DNA of 64,000 bases from the NCBI GenBank assembly GCA_028023455.1, contig JAQFVV010000007.1:15376001-15440000 (forward strand). The letters are read 5' to 3'. Every line of letters begins with the position of its first letter. The stretch's first letter is position 1. A program made the position numbers and the translations under genes. The DNA comes from Epiperipatus broadwayi (lineage: Eukaryota; Animalia; Onychophora). Under the pieces are notes generated by a model. The model was not told where the DNA came from, searched no databases, and saw only the letters and a list, made by a program, of their open reading frames with translations. Of the stretch, positions 25,561 to 39,019 are shown one piece after another.

Positions 25561-26301
25561 AAATATCTGTAAATTTTTTTTTTTAGCAAAATACAAAATG
25601 TTTTATTTGCTACACAAGGTATACATATTTGGTGTTATGCACTACCAACTCATAAACATACTTTTATATATATATACGAGTGTTATATAGAGAGCTTGCA
25701 AAATAAGCTCTTAATTCATGTGACATCTGACTTGATTTTTTTTATTATATACACGAGGTATCTTTCCAGCTTCAATCATAAATGGAGACATAATATTTTG
25801 AAAAGTGTAAATATAAAACCACAGCAAAAAGTGAACACATCACAAGTGAAACTTCATTTTAAGAAAATGAAGTGAAACTTCATTTTTAAGAAAATGAATT
25901 AACATATTGTGAATCTTCTATGCCCCCCCCCCCCAATGATTTTACAAATTGCAGTTTGAATAATATGACTTAAATGCTAATCTAAAATCTGCATTAAGAT
26001 GATGAGTGATAATTTTTGGATTATTAGAAAAAAATATTTTCAAAGTGTAGTGTTATTAAATTAAGTCATGTGACAGCTGACTTTATTTTTTTATTATTTT
26101 AAAGTGTAGTGTTCTATTTTCAAATATAAAGAATAGCATAAATGCCTTATAATAATAGTTTAAAGGATAATATTGAAGCTATGCAACATAGAAGAAAAAT
26201 AAGTTTTAGTTTGTCAAAGTGCCTAATTATCAGGATTTGTGCCGATTTTTTAAAAATAAAAAAATAGTATTTGTCTGAAGATTTGTAATGATGGTATATT
26301 A

Positions 26302-26488
26302 TAAGATGTGATATGTTGGACTATTTCCATCATTAATGAGTGAATGTTGAATGTATAGAAAATTTTAAACTTTATTTAAACTTTTCAAATACAAACAACT
26401 TTGTTAGTAATAACACACAAATAGACAATTTCTATACATTCAACATTCACTCATAAATGATGGAAATAGTCCAACATATCACATATTA
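26302..26488. mobile_element. Fold-back MITE-like element with ~55-bp inverted arms
   Basis: ATGTGATATGTTGGACTATTTCCATCATTAATGAGTGAATGTTGAATGTATAGAAA mirrors TTTCTATACATTCAACATTCACTCATAAATGATGGAAATAGTCCAACATATCACAT with 1 mismatch. Confidence 0.9.
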
Positions 26489-26887
26489 AAAAAATAGTAA
26501 GCTTTTTTTTTTTTTACCTATGACATCCAAATATATCTTGGGGAATTTAATCAGCCATTATGAATTTTTTTTTTGCCAATTAGATTTTTTTTTTTTCATA
26601 AATCTTTGAAATACTTACAGATGATTTCTGTTTTCTCTTTTATGTATACTAGTGGGAAATAAATTATAAAAAGTCTTAACAGATTAGGTTATTGTAAACC
26701 AAGTAAAAATTCCTTAAAGATAAATACAACAAAATACTAATTAAGATATACAATACAAAAAAGCTCATTTAATTTGAAATGACCAAATGTATCTAACAAA
26801 CATCATAATCACATCACTTTCCCTCCAGTTTATATAATACTTTTGTATATCAAATCTCTTCATCCTACTCCAGTTTTGCTTATCTAG

Positions 26888-26928
26888 AACATCAAATGTA
26901 GATCCAAAACATCTCACTGATGAAACAC
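26888..26928 (+). CDS. Candidate internal micro-exon (41 nt, phase 2 to 1; TSNVDPKHLTDET)
   Basis: Pyrimidine-rich acceptor TTTTGCTTATCTAG and donor CAC|GTAAGT. It is phase-compatible with the 28279 candidate. Confidence 0.4.
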
Positions 26929-27149
26929 GTAAGTTAGAAACCCTGGCGGTAGAGATATGACCATATTGGATAGAGATTTATTAAACACTACCATCTGGCA
27001 TCTATTGATTACAGAAACTTACACTAGGTGACAGAACTATTGTATAAGAAATAAATTTGCCAACAAATATATCTTTTTTGTTTATGTTGGAAACATAGGT
27101 ATAGTAAAATAGAAAAGTTGAAAATAAAAAGAAATTTCCTTATTAAGAA

Positions 27150-27365
27150 AATTACATGGAAAATGTTTTGTAGTGAGCATGATGAACAAAGAAATAAAGG
27201 AATCATGAAATGTGCATCCTGGGATCGATCTTTTTCACATAACCTTGGTTATATATTTATGATCACTTCCCTCCACAAGATGATAAAAGTGAATAGAACC
27301 AGTCCCTATTTTGCATGAGAGTGGTGTAGTGAAAGTCACATTACAGTAATATTATTCATTATGAA
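27150..27365 (+). repeat. Dispersed repeat family F1 copy
   Basis: GCATGA...GAAATGTGCATCCTGGGATCGATCTTTTTCACAT...AAAAGTGAATAGAACCAGTCCCTATTTTGCATGAGAGTGGTGTAGTGA. Confidence 0.8.
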
Positions 27366-28278
27366 AGGACATATTAGAAGGACTTGTACATAAGAAAAAT
27401 TCATTGATAATATGAAAGAAAATACTAACTACAAGTTTATAATACAGAGCAAAGGTAGAAATACTTGAATGCTAAATTTACTTTTAAATAATAATTATTC
27501 AGATCATTGTTAATTTATTCCATGTATAAAAGTAATTGGCTTTTGCATTCTCAATATCTTTGTTCTGTTTACCCCATCTAAAAGTAAATCATATAATCAG
27601 ATGCTTAAAAAGCTGTATGACATTTGAATCACAAAGTGAATCAAATAATGAGTGAAGATTATAAAGGAATTATGGTACAGAAGTCATTTGGACAACATTA
27701 TAAAACTAGGATACTATACTATCTGCAGGCTTCTAGTTTTTTGCATGATCACAATTGAATATTTTTAGAACAATGTGGTAAATTCTCTTCCTGTTTTATG
27801 AAGTGGATGCCTGATGATTGGTTCTTTAAAATCTGTGCACACCAAAAAAAAAGATGAATAATTTAAAAATGTTATTGTACTGAAACATTTAAAATTTTAT
27901 GATCACTATTAACTACATTTATACTTTATTAAGTTATTGTTATGCTATACTAATTTTTTTTTTTACCATATTAAGTCTTCAATGTTATCAACTGTTTTAT
28001 AAAAACACTGTTTTACAGCTTAAGTTTAAAATGGTAAGTTATCAGACAAATAAAAAGTGACGGACAGGATGTACATATTGCCATTACCAAGATTTATCTA
28101 AGGAACAGGGAGAAATTAAAAGCAAAAACTACCACTAGCTTTTAACATTCAACTGCTAAGGTAACACAAAAAAGCCTGTGTTATGTAACTAATGGAAAGA
28201 CTGTTTCCCTGTATGAATTGATGTAATGGTTGCATATATCTATCAGTTTAACTGGTGAAAAATTGTCTCTATTTGCAG

Positions 28279-28333
28279 ATATTTGCAACATGCTCGGAGA
28301 TAATATAATGGAAGTTAGAAGTTTTGGCATTAA
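28279..28333 (+). CDS. Candidate internal micro-exon (55 nt, phase 1 to 2; ICNMLGDNIMEVRSFGI)
   Basis: Acceptor TGTCTCTATTTGCAG and donor AA|GTATGT. Only the phase-1 frame is open. Confidence 0.4.
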
Positions 28334-29001
28334 GTATGTATCCAGTGATCTGTTTTATCATTTTCAAAACCATTACAAATTTAAAAATATAAAAATTCAG
28401 AGGACGTAATAGTGTTAACATTGCTGCAATTAGAACTTTATTGTGTGAACTAAAACTTTGGATTGAAAAGGGTGGTTACATGTCCAAATCATTGAAAAAG
28501 AGTGGTTACAAAAGTAAATTTATAACATTGATGATTCTTGACCATTTAAAATTAATATCACCCTGCACTTATATTTCAAACAAGTGGAAAGATGGTGGAA
28601 ATGGATGAAATAACAATAAGGTGAATTTTTTTAAAAACTTAAAAAAATGGATGAATTTAAACATTAGACAAAGATAAAACTGGTTATTGAAGGCCTGCTA
28701 ATTTGTAATCATCTGAAAAATTGGTTTATTAAAAAACACACACCCACTTTCTGAGTGATCTAAGTTGAGAATGGAAAAAAAAGTCCACATATTACTAAGA
28801 ACTTTTATTTCAAAAAATATAAACAAAATGACATTTTTTTTCAAATTGTCAAGAATTTGAACTTTATTTAGGTCCTTCTTATTTTAATTTGAACAATTGT
28901 ATATTTTATAATAAGTGATACTTTTTACAACTTGTGTTTATTCATGTCTTATTTTATTTTTAAACAATTATTTATATGAATAATTCATGTATCAGCCAAA
29001 G

Positions 29002-29196
29002 CTTAATAAACCAATAGAATGTTTACAATCTGTTGTCAAGGCAACCTCTTTAGATAAAAGATGGATTCTTTCTAAAGGAAATCATTTTTTTGTTTACATG
29101 GTTTGCCTTGACAACAGATTATAGATGGAGAAATCCATCTTTAATCTAAAAAAGTTGTCTTGATAATAGATAGTAGATATTTATTAGTTTATTAAG
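29002..29196. mobile_element. Fold-back element of the X-box/CCAAT family
   Basis: CTTAATAAACCAATAGAATGTTTACAATCTGTTGTCAAGGCAACC...AGATGGATT is mirrored by AATCCATCT...GTTTATTAAG. An extra internal inverted copy reads TTTGCCTTGACAACAGATT. Confidence 0.8.
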
Positions 29197-29244
29197 ATTT
29201 TGCTATTATCATGCAAATTACATTTGGAAATAGTTATATATATA

Positions 29245-30110
29245 TATCATCATCAACTATTATCAATCCACTGCAGGATGGTCTCCAAGTTCAATCCATC
29301 TCCAATTTTTAGCTTCTCTTCTCCATGTCACCCCTGAACATTTTCATATTTCATCCATCCATGTCACATGTGATCTCTTTCTGGGTCTTTTACAATCTCT
29401 TGGAATCCTGTTTAAAATTTCAATAGTCCATCTATTATCATCTCTTCTAGCAATATGTACAGCTCAACTTCTCTTCAGTCTTAATTTTTTCAAAGAGGTC
29501 AGTAACACCTGTTTGTTCTCTTACCCATATATTGCATTTTTGATCTCTTTTTGTTACTCCTAACATGCATCTCTCCATATTTCTTCGAGTGATCTGAAGT
29601 CTGTATTGTACAGAAAAGTACAGTATTTATATATTAATTGTTTATTTTATATCAATATATAAAAATATTGGCCATTTTATTTTCCCCAGGTACCTATTAA
29701 GCTTTATTAACATTCTCCCTATGTAAGTTTATTCTCCATTCTTTGCTAGATTAATCTTCAAAAGGGAAGAATGAGGACCCTTCTATCTGCTTTTACATAT
29801 TGATATCATTATCACTGTTTTCAAATCTTACAAATTCACCGCACGTAAAGTTTTCCAAGTTTAATCTAATAGCTTAAGTTCTCTTCCAACTTACTGCAGC
29901 AAACTTTATGGTCAGTTTATCCTCTATATTGTTGATTTTCAAGTTATTGCTTTTTTTACAGTATATTGAGATTCAGTCTAGAACTCCAGTTATCTCTTGT
30001 TATCTCAACAGCATATTCAGCTTATCTTCATTTCAGCCTATTAATTTTCCAATTATGTCAGTGGTAAGAGTGGTACATTCAAAAGTTAAAAGCCCCTGAA
30101 TTGAATAATG
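29245..30110 (-). mobile_element. RTE-type LINE 3' fragment
   Basis: The tail CATCATCAAC.ATTATCAATCCACTGCAGGATG and the body are homologous to the 39020 copy. Confidence 0.75.
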
Positions 30111-32492
30111 CACTGATATCATTGTTTTTATATATCAGCACTAAAAGTATTTTTTAAAAATTCTTTATTTATGTACAAATATATTTGGGATTATCTTCTA
30201 AATGAGTTATTTCTAGTATAAACGAATGTGTATAATGTTTTTTTTTTACTTGAAAACAGATTTTAGCAAATGAAGTCTCTCTGATATCTTGAATGATTTA
30301 AATTCTTTATAACTAGCAGCATTTTTGCAGTGTGTTTTGATGGCACTGCTATCATTTATAGCTTTTCTTTATTTTCATGTTATTTTACTCATTTTGTTCA
30401 CATTTATTGTCAGAAACTGCAACTAAAATTTATATTGATTTGGTAGTTTTTAACAAATCTTAAAATGTAAGCAATACAAAGGAGCCAACAATGTTACTCC
30501 GATTGATCGATTCTTTGTTCACCTTCAATCAAAAGCATTTTCTAGAGAATCTGTAGGCATTTTTTCTTGGAAAGTATATTTTTTCATAATTTATGTATAT
30601 ATTTATAATTATTTTTGAAGCATATTTATAAAATATTTATTTTAAGCTAAAAATATACATGATTATAATTATATTTTATTTGAAAAAAAATGTCATTAAG
30701 AAGATAAGTGAAATCCTTATTATACTAATGCCAAAGTTATAATTTACTGGGAAAAAACCCAGTAAATTTTAATAGTTATAAGTGCAATTTTAAATTTTGA
30801 AACAGAATTTTGTTGATTTATGATAAATTAACAATAAATCATTTTAAAAATCCGAGTTCAAATAAGAAATAATCATGGTAACATACAATCAACCAATAAC
30901 AAAAAAGTTTTTATTCTTATATACATATTTCAGTTTAATATTTAAATATATATTGTTTATACTGACCTAAATATAATTAGAAGGGATTTAAACTCAAAAT
31001 TTCAAGCTTAGTATATTGGAGATCATTTATCTTTTTCACATGTATGTGGTCATGTATATTAGTTGTATAAGATGGAGTGAATTGCTGTAGGAAGCTTGAG
31101 AATCTGAGTTCAAATCCCTTCTAATTATATTCCAGTTTAGTATTTATTTTTTATATTTGACAAATTCAAATATTTTTTGGAATGTTTTTGATTTTTAAAC
31201 TTTTATATTTATAATAAAAAAGACAACAATTATCAAAACATCATATAGAATAAAGGTTTAATAGTAAAAATAAATGTTAAAAATATAACCAAAACTGTCA
31301 ATAAGGATGTTAAGGAAGAGTGGTAGAAGTTTTTAGCAACAAATTAAATGACAATACCTTTCCTAATGGTTTATTCCAGCTTGCAATCTTCACTATTCTA
31401 GCAATTGCAATACGTTTTATCAATTTTCTTGTGATTATTAATAAACATATAAAATATATAATGGATATGGTAGAGTTATGAAACAAGTGAAAGTGGTTAT
31501 TTTAGGGTTCATAAAAGTTCAAAATATGAAGAGTTGAACAGTGAAAATCTTCAAATTTATATCACCTGCTAACATTCTTTTTTATTTCATCTATCAATCT
31601 CCAACATGGTCTCTTTCTAGGTCTTTTATAATCTCATAGGGCTACAGTTTAAAGCTTTAACTGTCTATATTTATCATCTCTTCTAGTAATATGTGATGCC
31701 CAGCTTTATCTCAACTTTTTTGTTGTCATTATTAATATACGTATGAAGTATATCTATAATCTGATAATTAAAGTCACAAACATCCTAGACAAAGTGCTAC
31801 ATATCATTGTTGACTATCACTATAGTTACATTTGAAGTACTTTTCTTGAAAAATGGCACACTATGCTAATGCCTAGATCACTTTTCTATCTTTATTTTGA
31901 AATGGCTATCAGAGATAGCATATTATTCTTGATGTTCTGAGTGTTATGAAAAAAAGTCTTGGGGTGCCATGCTAAATGAGTAATAAGGGTATTCCAAAAC
32001 AGTTACTTGTTTACTGGCTAAAAACTTTTTATAGACAGTACCATGAGAGCTGGTGCATTTTTGCCTTCACTTTTCTTGTGACAAGATTTTCACTTAAGAT
32101 TGTGCTATTTCTCTTTCAATATTCATCTCATCTGCTATGTTTCTCATAGTCAGCTAATGATTTTGGTGCCCAATTTGATGAATTTTTGCACTGTTTTCTT
32201 CAGTTATGCTCATGTTTGGATGCCTAATCTCTTTTATCAGTAGCATTTTCTCTCCCCTCAAAAAGATATTTAATTCATTTGCACACTGCTGTTTTTTTTT
32301 ATGGCATTATACCCACAAACTTGGACTAAAATGTCCCTGACTTCACTTCCTCCATTCTTATCAAATTAAAAAATGTAATGTTTGTTCATTGTTTTAATTC
32401 AAGCTCTGATATTCTCACAACAATAATGAACACCACTCATCAAAACACAGCCACACAATGACAAGTTACTAATATACCAAGGTTATGAAAAC

Positions 32493-34530
32493 ATGTGATG
32501 TGATGTACTGTAGCTTCTCTTTAAACAAAGTCAAGAATCTCTCAGCAATTATGCCCAGAGAAACCTGTTAGCCACTTTATTTTCCATTCCCCAGTCTAAG
32601 TTTTCCCATATTCTGCTCCATCCCATTTTCACAACATAATCTTTGTCAACCCTATGGCCTTTATATCTAAATCCCCCTTACCTTTCCCCAAACCAGCATA
32701 AAAACCAATAATCCACTTTCTGTATAATCACTTTTTTCATATTCATTCTTCCATAACTTCATTATATGTACCCTTTCTGTTTTCAAGCATTTACATTCAA
32801 TTAACAAATGACTAATATTTTCTATTCCTTTCTTACATAATTTACAGACTAAATCACTTATAATTTTTCCATTTACATGTATATTCTCTTGTTGCTAAAG
32901 ATCCCATTTGAGCCTTAAACAGTAAACTACTTTCCATACTATTATCATATATTAACTTACACTTAATATTCTGTTTATTTCTATATATATTTAAACTCTT
33001 TTTACTCTCCATCTCTCTAACTCCCTATTCTTTATTAATAAATCTATTCTTTTATCCCATTCCTTACCATTATAACACTCAACAATCCTCCTAACACAAT
33101 CATACCATCTTTTGTACAAATATATTGATATAAATTTTTTATCCAAATCTTTTGCATACCGCATTACCTTTCTCACCCATCTTGTTGCCTGCCCTTTACT
33201 CATAACTTAATTAAAACATTATTTTGGCTATTCTTTTATTATCCATAAACTGCAATCTACCAAACATTTTCATTTTACTTTTAGCATCTCTCATATGAAA
33301 ACTTGACCACCCCATTTCTCTTTGAATTGCCTCCCTTGCTGTACATACATCTGCATCTCCTTTGAACCTTTTCTAAGTAATTTAATACGCTTTTACTAAC
33401 ACATAATGCATCATTAGCAAATGTTAACCCTGCTTCCACAACTCCCATATAATTCTAGCTATATCATATTTATTATATGAAAACACTGTTAATTTCTTTA
33501 TCAATCTCTTTTTTTTCTTTGCTTCATTTATCAATTTTTTTCTCCCATTCATCCAAATAATTTTTCTGATTGCTTAAAATAATTTCCAAATAATTATATC
33601 TATTCACCACACTTAATATCTCCCAATAAAAATTCTACATCTTCTCTTTCCCCAGTATTAACCATCATTATATTTGACTTTTTCTGCACTAGATTTAATT
33701 CCCATCTCTTTACCCACTCTTGCACATGTCCTCAGCATAACTTCTATATTGTCTCTTCTTTCTGCACACAAAAATATATCATCCGCAAAAAAAATGTCCT
33801 GACAAAATATGTACTCCCTTACCACTTATTAACGGTATCTCTATCCCTCTTCCTAATCTTTCTATTGCTCTTTCCATTTCACTCAAATACAACACAAACA
33901 AAATAGGTCACATAGGGCATCCTCGCCTTAGTCCCACCCCATTGTTAACTTTAACTGATTCTATATTCCCTAATTAATATATATATAATTATTTTCATAT
34001 TATTTTTTTTAATATCCACTAAAGCTTCACCCATTCCCAAATTTGCTAAACTTATCCATAATCTATTTCTAGTTACTCTATCATATGCCTTCTCTATATC
34101 TATAAAACTCATATATAACTGTTTACCTGAATTCCTATTCATATCCATAAGTTGTGTAACTACAAATAAAGTATCTTCTATATGCCTATCTAATCTAAAA
34201 CCTCCTTATATTTCTCCCAGTACATTATTCCCTTCCATCAATTTTACAATTCTTCTAGCCACCATATATGAGAAAACTTTATATAAAACATGTTACCGTT
34301 ATTGGTCTATAATTATTTAACTTTCTATGATCCTTACCCTTTCCTTTAAATAATAATCTTACTCTTGTATTACCCCAACTGCTTGGAAAAACTCTATTTT
34401 GTGCAATCTTATTAAAACAGGATAACAACTTTACTTTTGCCCTATATCCTAAATTCATCACCATCTCTGTTGCCCATCCATTTAAACCTCTTGCCTTTCC
34501 ACTTTTCAATTTCTTGTCTACCTCATTCAA
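32493..34530 (-). mobile_element. Family B LINE, longest copy (RT domain to 3' tail), inactivated
   Basis: ORF pieces NYRPITVTC, SFIDIEKAYDRVTRNRLW, GLRRGCP and FFADD, followed by the CCHC C-terminus and (ACATC)n tail. Multiple stops and frameshifts. Confidence 0.9.
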
Positions 34531-34689
34531 TTATCTAGTTATTTATATAGTGGTGCCAACCGAAGCACCTGGTGGCAAGGGTGTCAACTTACTTTTTAGA
34601 CTTCATAATACATAGTTATGAAGCAATGGTAAAATTATCACATTTATCATTTTAGTGGAAGATATAAATCCTAAACATAAGTTAATCAA

Positions 34690-35250
34690 TTCATTATCAT
34701 CTTGCAGGATCATTTCTTTAACCATACTATCTTTTCCATATCACACACTAGCATATTTTCTTATTTCATCCGTCCATTTTGCTTATGGTCTCTTTCTAGA
34801 TCTTTTGCAGTCTTTTGAGATATAATTATACTACTTCCATCACCCATTTGTTATCATCTTTTCTAACACTATGTTTATTCCAGCTCCATTTCAGCATCAT
34901 AATATTTTCAATGACATCATTGATATCTGTTTGCTTTCGCACTCATTTATTTCACTTGCAATATCTTTTTTACTACCATACTTTCTTGAGTGGTCTGAAG
35001 TTTCTATATCACCTTTCTGTTAAGTTTCCAAGTTTTTCAAATTACTTCTACCAAAAGTACTCCATCCATATATAATTCCATGATTATTTTTATCCACTAT
35101 CTTTTCATCTATATTAACAGTCGACCTAGGTATTTCTAATTATTAGCTTCTATTAATTTATGATTATCATTCTTTTATTTTTTCTTCTCAAAAAATTCAT
35201 TTAACATAACTTTTTTTATTTATCAGGGTATTTACTATCATCTGATATTT
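34690..35250 (-). mobile_element. RTE-type LINE 3' fragment
   Basis: Homologous to 39040-39640 (TCTTGCAGGATCA tail region, GGTCTCTTTCTAGATCTTTT, GAGTGGTCTGA). Confidence 0.7.
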
Positions 35251-35654
35251 CTTGCAATATTTTCACGGCACTGAAGCATTATTTATAAAAAAAATATTTA
35301 TGTTGAAAATCCAAGTGGTAATAAACCAATTAAAGGGAGTGTTTTGTTATTTGGTTTATATTTTTTATCACCAAGAGATTAACTACCTAGTAGTTCATAA
35401 TTATATAAAGCTCTGAATTTACACATAAAAAAATGCTGATATACCTATACGTATAATCTTTAATATTCTATTACAGCTGCTCTGTTTATGACTAACTATC
35501 TACTACCTTTTTTTGATTATCTCTAGCGAATGTTCTAAGTGGGACCTTACATTTACAGTATATATATATAATGGCATATTAATAAGTTTTATTAGTTATT
35601 CATTAGAGTAGAGATGATCCAATAATGAATAATATTTTTGTAATGTAATTTTTA

Positions 35655-35800
35655 CTATACCACTCTCTCACAGGGTAAGGATTGGTTTCTATCCACTTTT
35701 AACACCTTCTAGAAGGATGTAATCATAAACATGAGCAAAGATGTGAAAAAGATCAGTTTGAATATTACAATTGATTATTTGTTGGTCTGTATTCAGAACA
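35655..35800 (-). repeat. Dispersed repeat family F1 copy (reverse)
   Basis: CTATACCACTCTC...GGTTTCTATCCACTTTTAACACCTT is the reverse complement of the F1 core. Confidence 0.75.
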
Positions 35801-36117
35801 GGTTATATTTACCTGTTTAATGAGGTTTATTTAAACTTCTTTGTATCAATAATTTCTGTCATCAAGTTGCAATCTTTAGTGTCTATATAAACATATACCA
35901 TAAATAAAGATGGACTTCTGTCTTTATTATTAAAAAGATGTTGCTTAGACAACAGATTGATATTGTTGATTGATATTAGAAATTCTATGTGTTGAATGCT
36001 TTCAATGAATTTTCATATGTATATATTCACATTTAATATATTTCTTCTGTTATTTTCAAAACGAATGAACTTTTTTTGCTAATTGGCTTTTTTAATTAAT
36101 AATAGTAAGACAGTAAA

Positions 36118-36350
36118 CATCTCATGATCATCATTTCTTATGCTTGCTCATAACTGTTATTAAAAACAGGCAAAACTATACATATTGCCACTCATCCAAG
36201 GCTCCTCACTGATGGTCACAAGCCAGAAACTAGTCTGGGGATATTGGATGAGTAGGCACTAGATGGGGATTTTATGCACAAGCCTTCTGGCATCCATTGA
36301 TTACTCTGGCTTGCACTGTGTGGCAATAGTATAGAGAGTTTTGCCTGTTT
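36118..36350. mobile_element. Internally deleted, inverted copy of the 58048-58362 palindromic element
   Basis: Ends AAACAGGCAAAACT...AGTTTTGCCTGTTT. It shares GGGATTTTATGCACAA.CCTT.TGGCATCCATTGATTACTCTGGCTTGCACTG and the flanking CATCTCATGATCATCATTTCTTAT..TTGCTCATAACTGTTATT segment. Confidence 0.85.
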
Positions 36351-36544
36351 TACGTTGATTTAGTCTCATTTAGATTTTATTATAATTTTTCAGGGTGATA
36401 CTATTTTTAAGCATTTCCAAACTTCATATTTATTACATTACTTATTTATCAATGAATTTTCTTTTATGTGCATATGTATCAACATTTTCAACCATTATTG
36501 ACCCATAGCAAAAAGTTTAATTCAGTTTCTTTGATCCATAATCT

Positions 36545-36745
36545 CCTTCACATCACACTTAACAAATTTTTTTATTTATTTTATCCAACCATCTCACATG
36601 CAGTCTCTCCCTAGATCTTTTATCGTTTTCTGGGGTCCAGTTTAATTCTTTAATTATCCATCTATTACCATCTCTTTTAGTGTATTGTCCAGCCCAATCT
36701 CTTCTTAATCTCCTAATTATTTCTATGGTGTCAATACCCACTTAT
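36545..36745 (-). mobile_element. RTE-type LINE 3' fragment
   Basis: ORF 36559..36741 reads IRRLRRDWAGQYTKRDGNRW..ELNWTPENDKRSRER...RW, a typical RTE ORF2 C-terminus. Confidence 0.75.
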
Positions 36746-39019
36746 TTCACTTTTGAGCCTAATATATTATATATATCTTAGTATGTTATTCTTTATATAT
36801 TGTACATTGTAAAATAAAAAGAAAATATAGAATAGAAATATAATAAGGTATATTGTTAAAGATATATATAACCAAATGTTAAATGTAAATAGAAATAAAA
36901 ATAATTAACTAAAAATTATGACAAATATTTGCACTCCAAATGTTAGCTATGCCTGGCAAGTTTTTATATATACAATGTAATCATTATTATTAATATGTTA
37001 ACTCAAAACTATATTTAATTCTGAAAAGAGTGAATGCTTGGATAAAATTCATTTATTTATATAAATAATGGAAAGTTTTGCATTTTAAATATAATTTTAT
37101 TTTCCGATATAATTGTTGAAATAAAAAAATTTTTTTTATTGTTTTTCTACATACGTTGGTTAAATTAAAGGATAACGTACGATTTCCGGTAATGGTTACC
37201 ATGTTGTATTTTTTTACAAAGTGATTGATATTATAGTATTGATTTTCTATACAAGCACACAACACATATTTCAATCCAATGTAGTTAGATAAATATGGTT
37301 CTTGTCTAGAATAGTTTTGTACTGCCGTAATGTTTGTTATAAAAATATTTCTTTTTTATCCTTTTTGTTTTGTACGGTCTGCTGTTTTCCCTTATATCTC
37401 TACCTGATTGATGAATAAACGGGGGGATATATATTTTCCAAAATCTGGGCATTGTTACTATGCGTGTCAAGCATTTACTATACTTGTGTTAATTGTGGGC
37501 GTCTCTTATAATTTGGTGGTCATAATTACGTAGCAGAGATGTATCTGGAGTGGAAAGCAGCCTTGTGCTTCTTATTTGACGATAAACTAAAATGATTTTG
37601 CCATGTAAAGAGCGACTTTATATTTGCAATTCTAGATTTAACATTGAAACAGCCTATTATTGGTTTGGATAGTCAGTCCAAAATGTTTTTTTTTTTTTTG
37701 CCCTAAGTGAAGTTTGAGGCAAAGTAGTATTGTCTTCTGCCATAAGTGTCTTGGTAGACCTGTTTAAAAGAAAGGGAGGGGGGAGGGTAAAAAATATTGG
37801 CTTTCAGTCATCTGGCAGAACAAACAGTAATTGATGAGACTTCAAAATAAGCTTAAACGTGGGAGAAGAAAGAGGGGTGGAATTATCTCTTATTTCTGTA
37901 TAATTTCTTTAAATCTATTACTAAAGTGAAATTATATGATTAAAGAATATAATAGTGTGCGATGGCGAATCTATACATACACTTTTGATGATTCGTTTTA
38001 TTATTATTTTTAAAATAATTCTCTCCACTTTATTAATTGCTGATTTATATATTTTCGATTGTAAAAACACAGCTGACTTGCGTTAAAAAATTATTATAGT
38101 TTATATGTAAGTTAAAAGCTTTTAAAATAACCCATTGCAAAACATAGGCTTCTTCAATAATCTGCAATCATAAGGTTTGCAATTGCGAAAATGATAAAGG
38201 TTTGAACAATTTTCCACCCTTGTTTTATCCTCTAGCAAAAGAAAAAAAAGACTAGATTATCCATTTACTGATCAATATCGGATGATTACCTGAAAGAAAT
38301 TGTCCAATCACTTCTCATAAATTCTTTACTATATATATGATTTATGCCACTATTAGGCAATATTAAATTCATATTTTATACGCAGTGTATTACATTCATA
38401 CCAGATATAATCATATTTATATATATGTTCCCTGCCCAACAATAGATTAAAATTGCAGAACAATTATATAGGTGACCCCAGGTCATTAATTGTAGATATT
38501 TTTCTCCTAGCTTGAAATATTAATAACAAATCGTTCTGCCTCTTCATTTTATATTGTATAAATAAATCAAGAGCAACTTATTATTTTAGTGCTATCTATA
38601 ATAAATTTGAGTGATTGGTGATTATACCTACCCTAGACCAGTTTATGGCTTTTGCCTTCATCAAAATTGTGTGTTTGTTAGATGCTTAACTATATTCCCT
38701 TCATCTTTGAATCCCAAACTTCTTTGATAAAAGACAAAATCAGAAACTAGTCTGGGTGTGGAAGTTTAATTAAACGCATTAATAACTGATTACTCAAACT
38801 ACTATAAATAGCACTAGAGTCAGGGAGCTACACTTGATTTATTATTTATTTAAAATAAAATTAACAAGTTAAAACCCCTAAATATTATAAAATATTATTA
38901 AGTTATCCTATTTCTTATTTCAAGATTTTGTTCTTTATACTTTAAAAAAATAACTGATTCTTATTTTATTTTTAATTGGGCGAAATCGGCATCCTAAAAT
39001 TCTTTTATGCATTCTTAAT

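Noticed and set aside
28019-28033. 15-nt micro-exon CTTAAGTTTAAAATG with good splice signals
   Set aside because: It introduces a stop or breaks the frame with both neighbouring candidates, so it is unsupported without RNA data.
34570-34590. CTCF-like site GCACCTGGTGGCA (also GCACTAGATGGGG near 36255 and CGCCATCTAG near 12372)
   Set aside because: These are partial matches with several mismatches and cannot be told from chance by eye.
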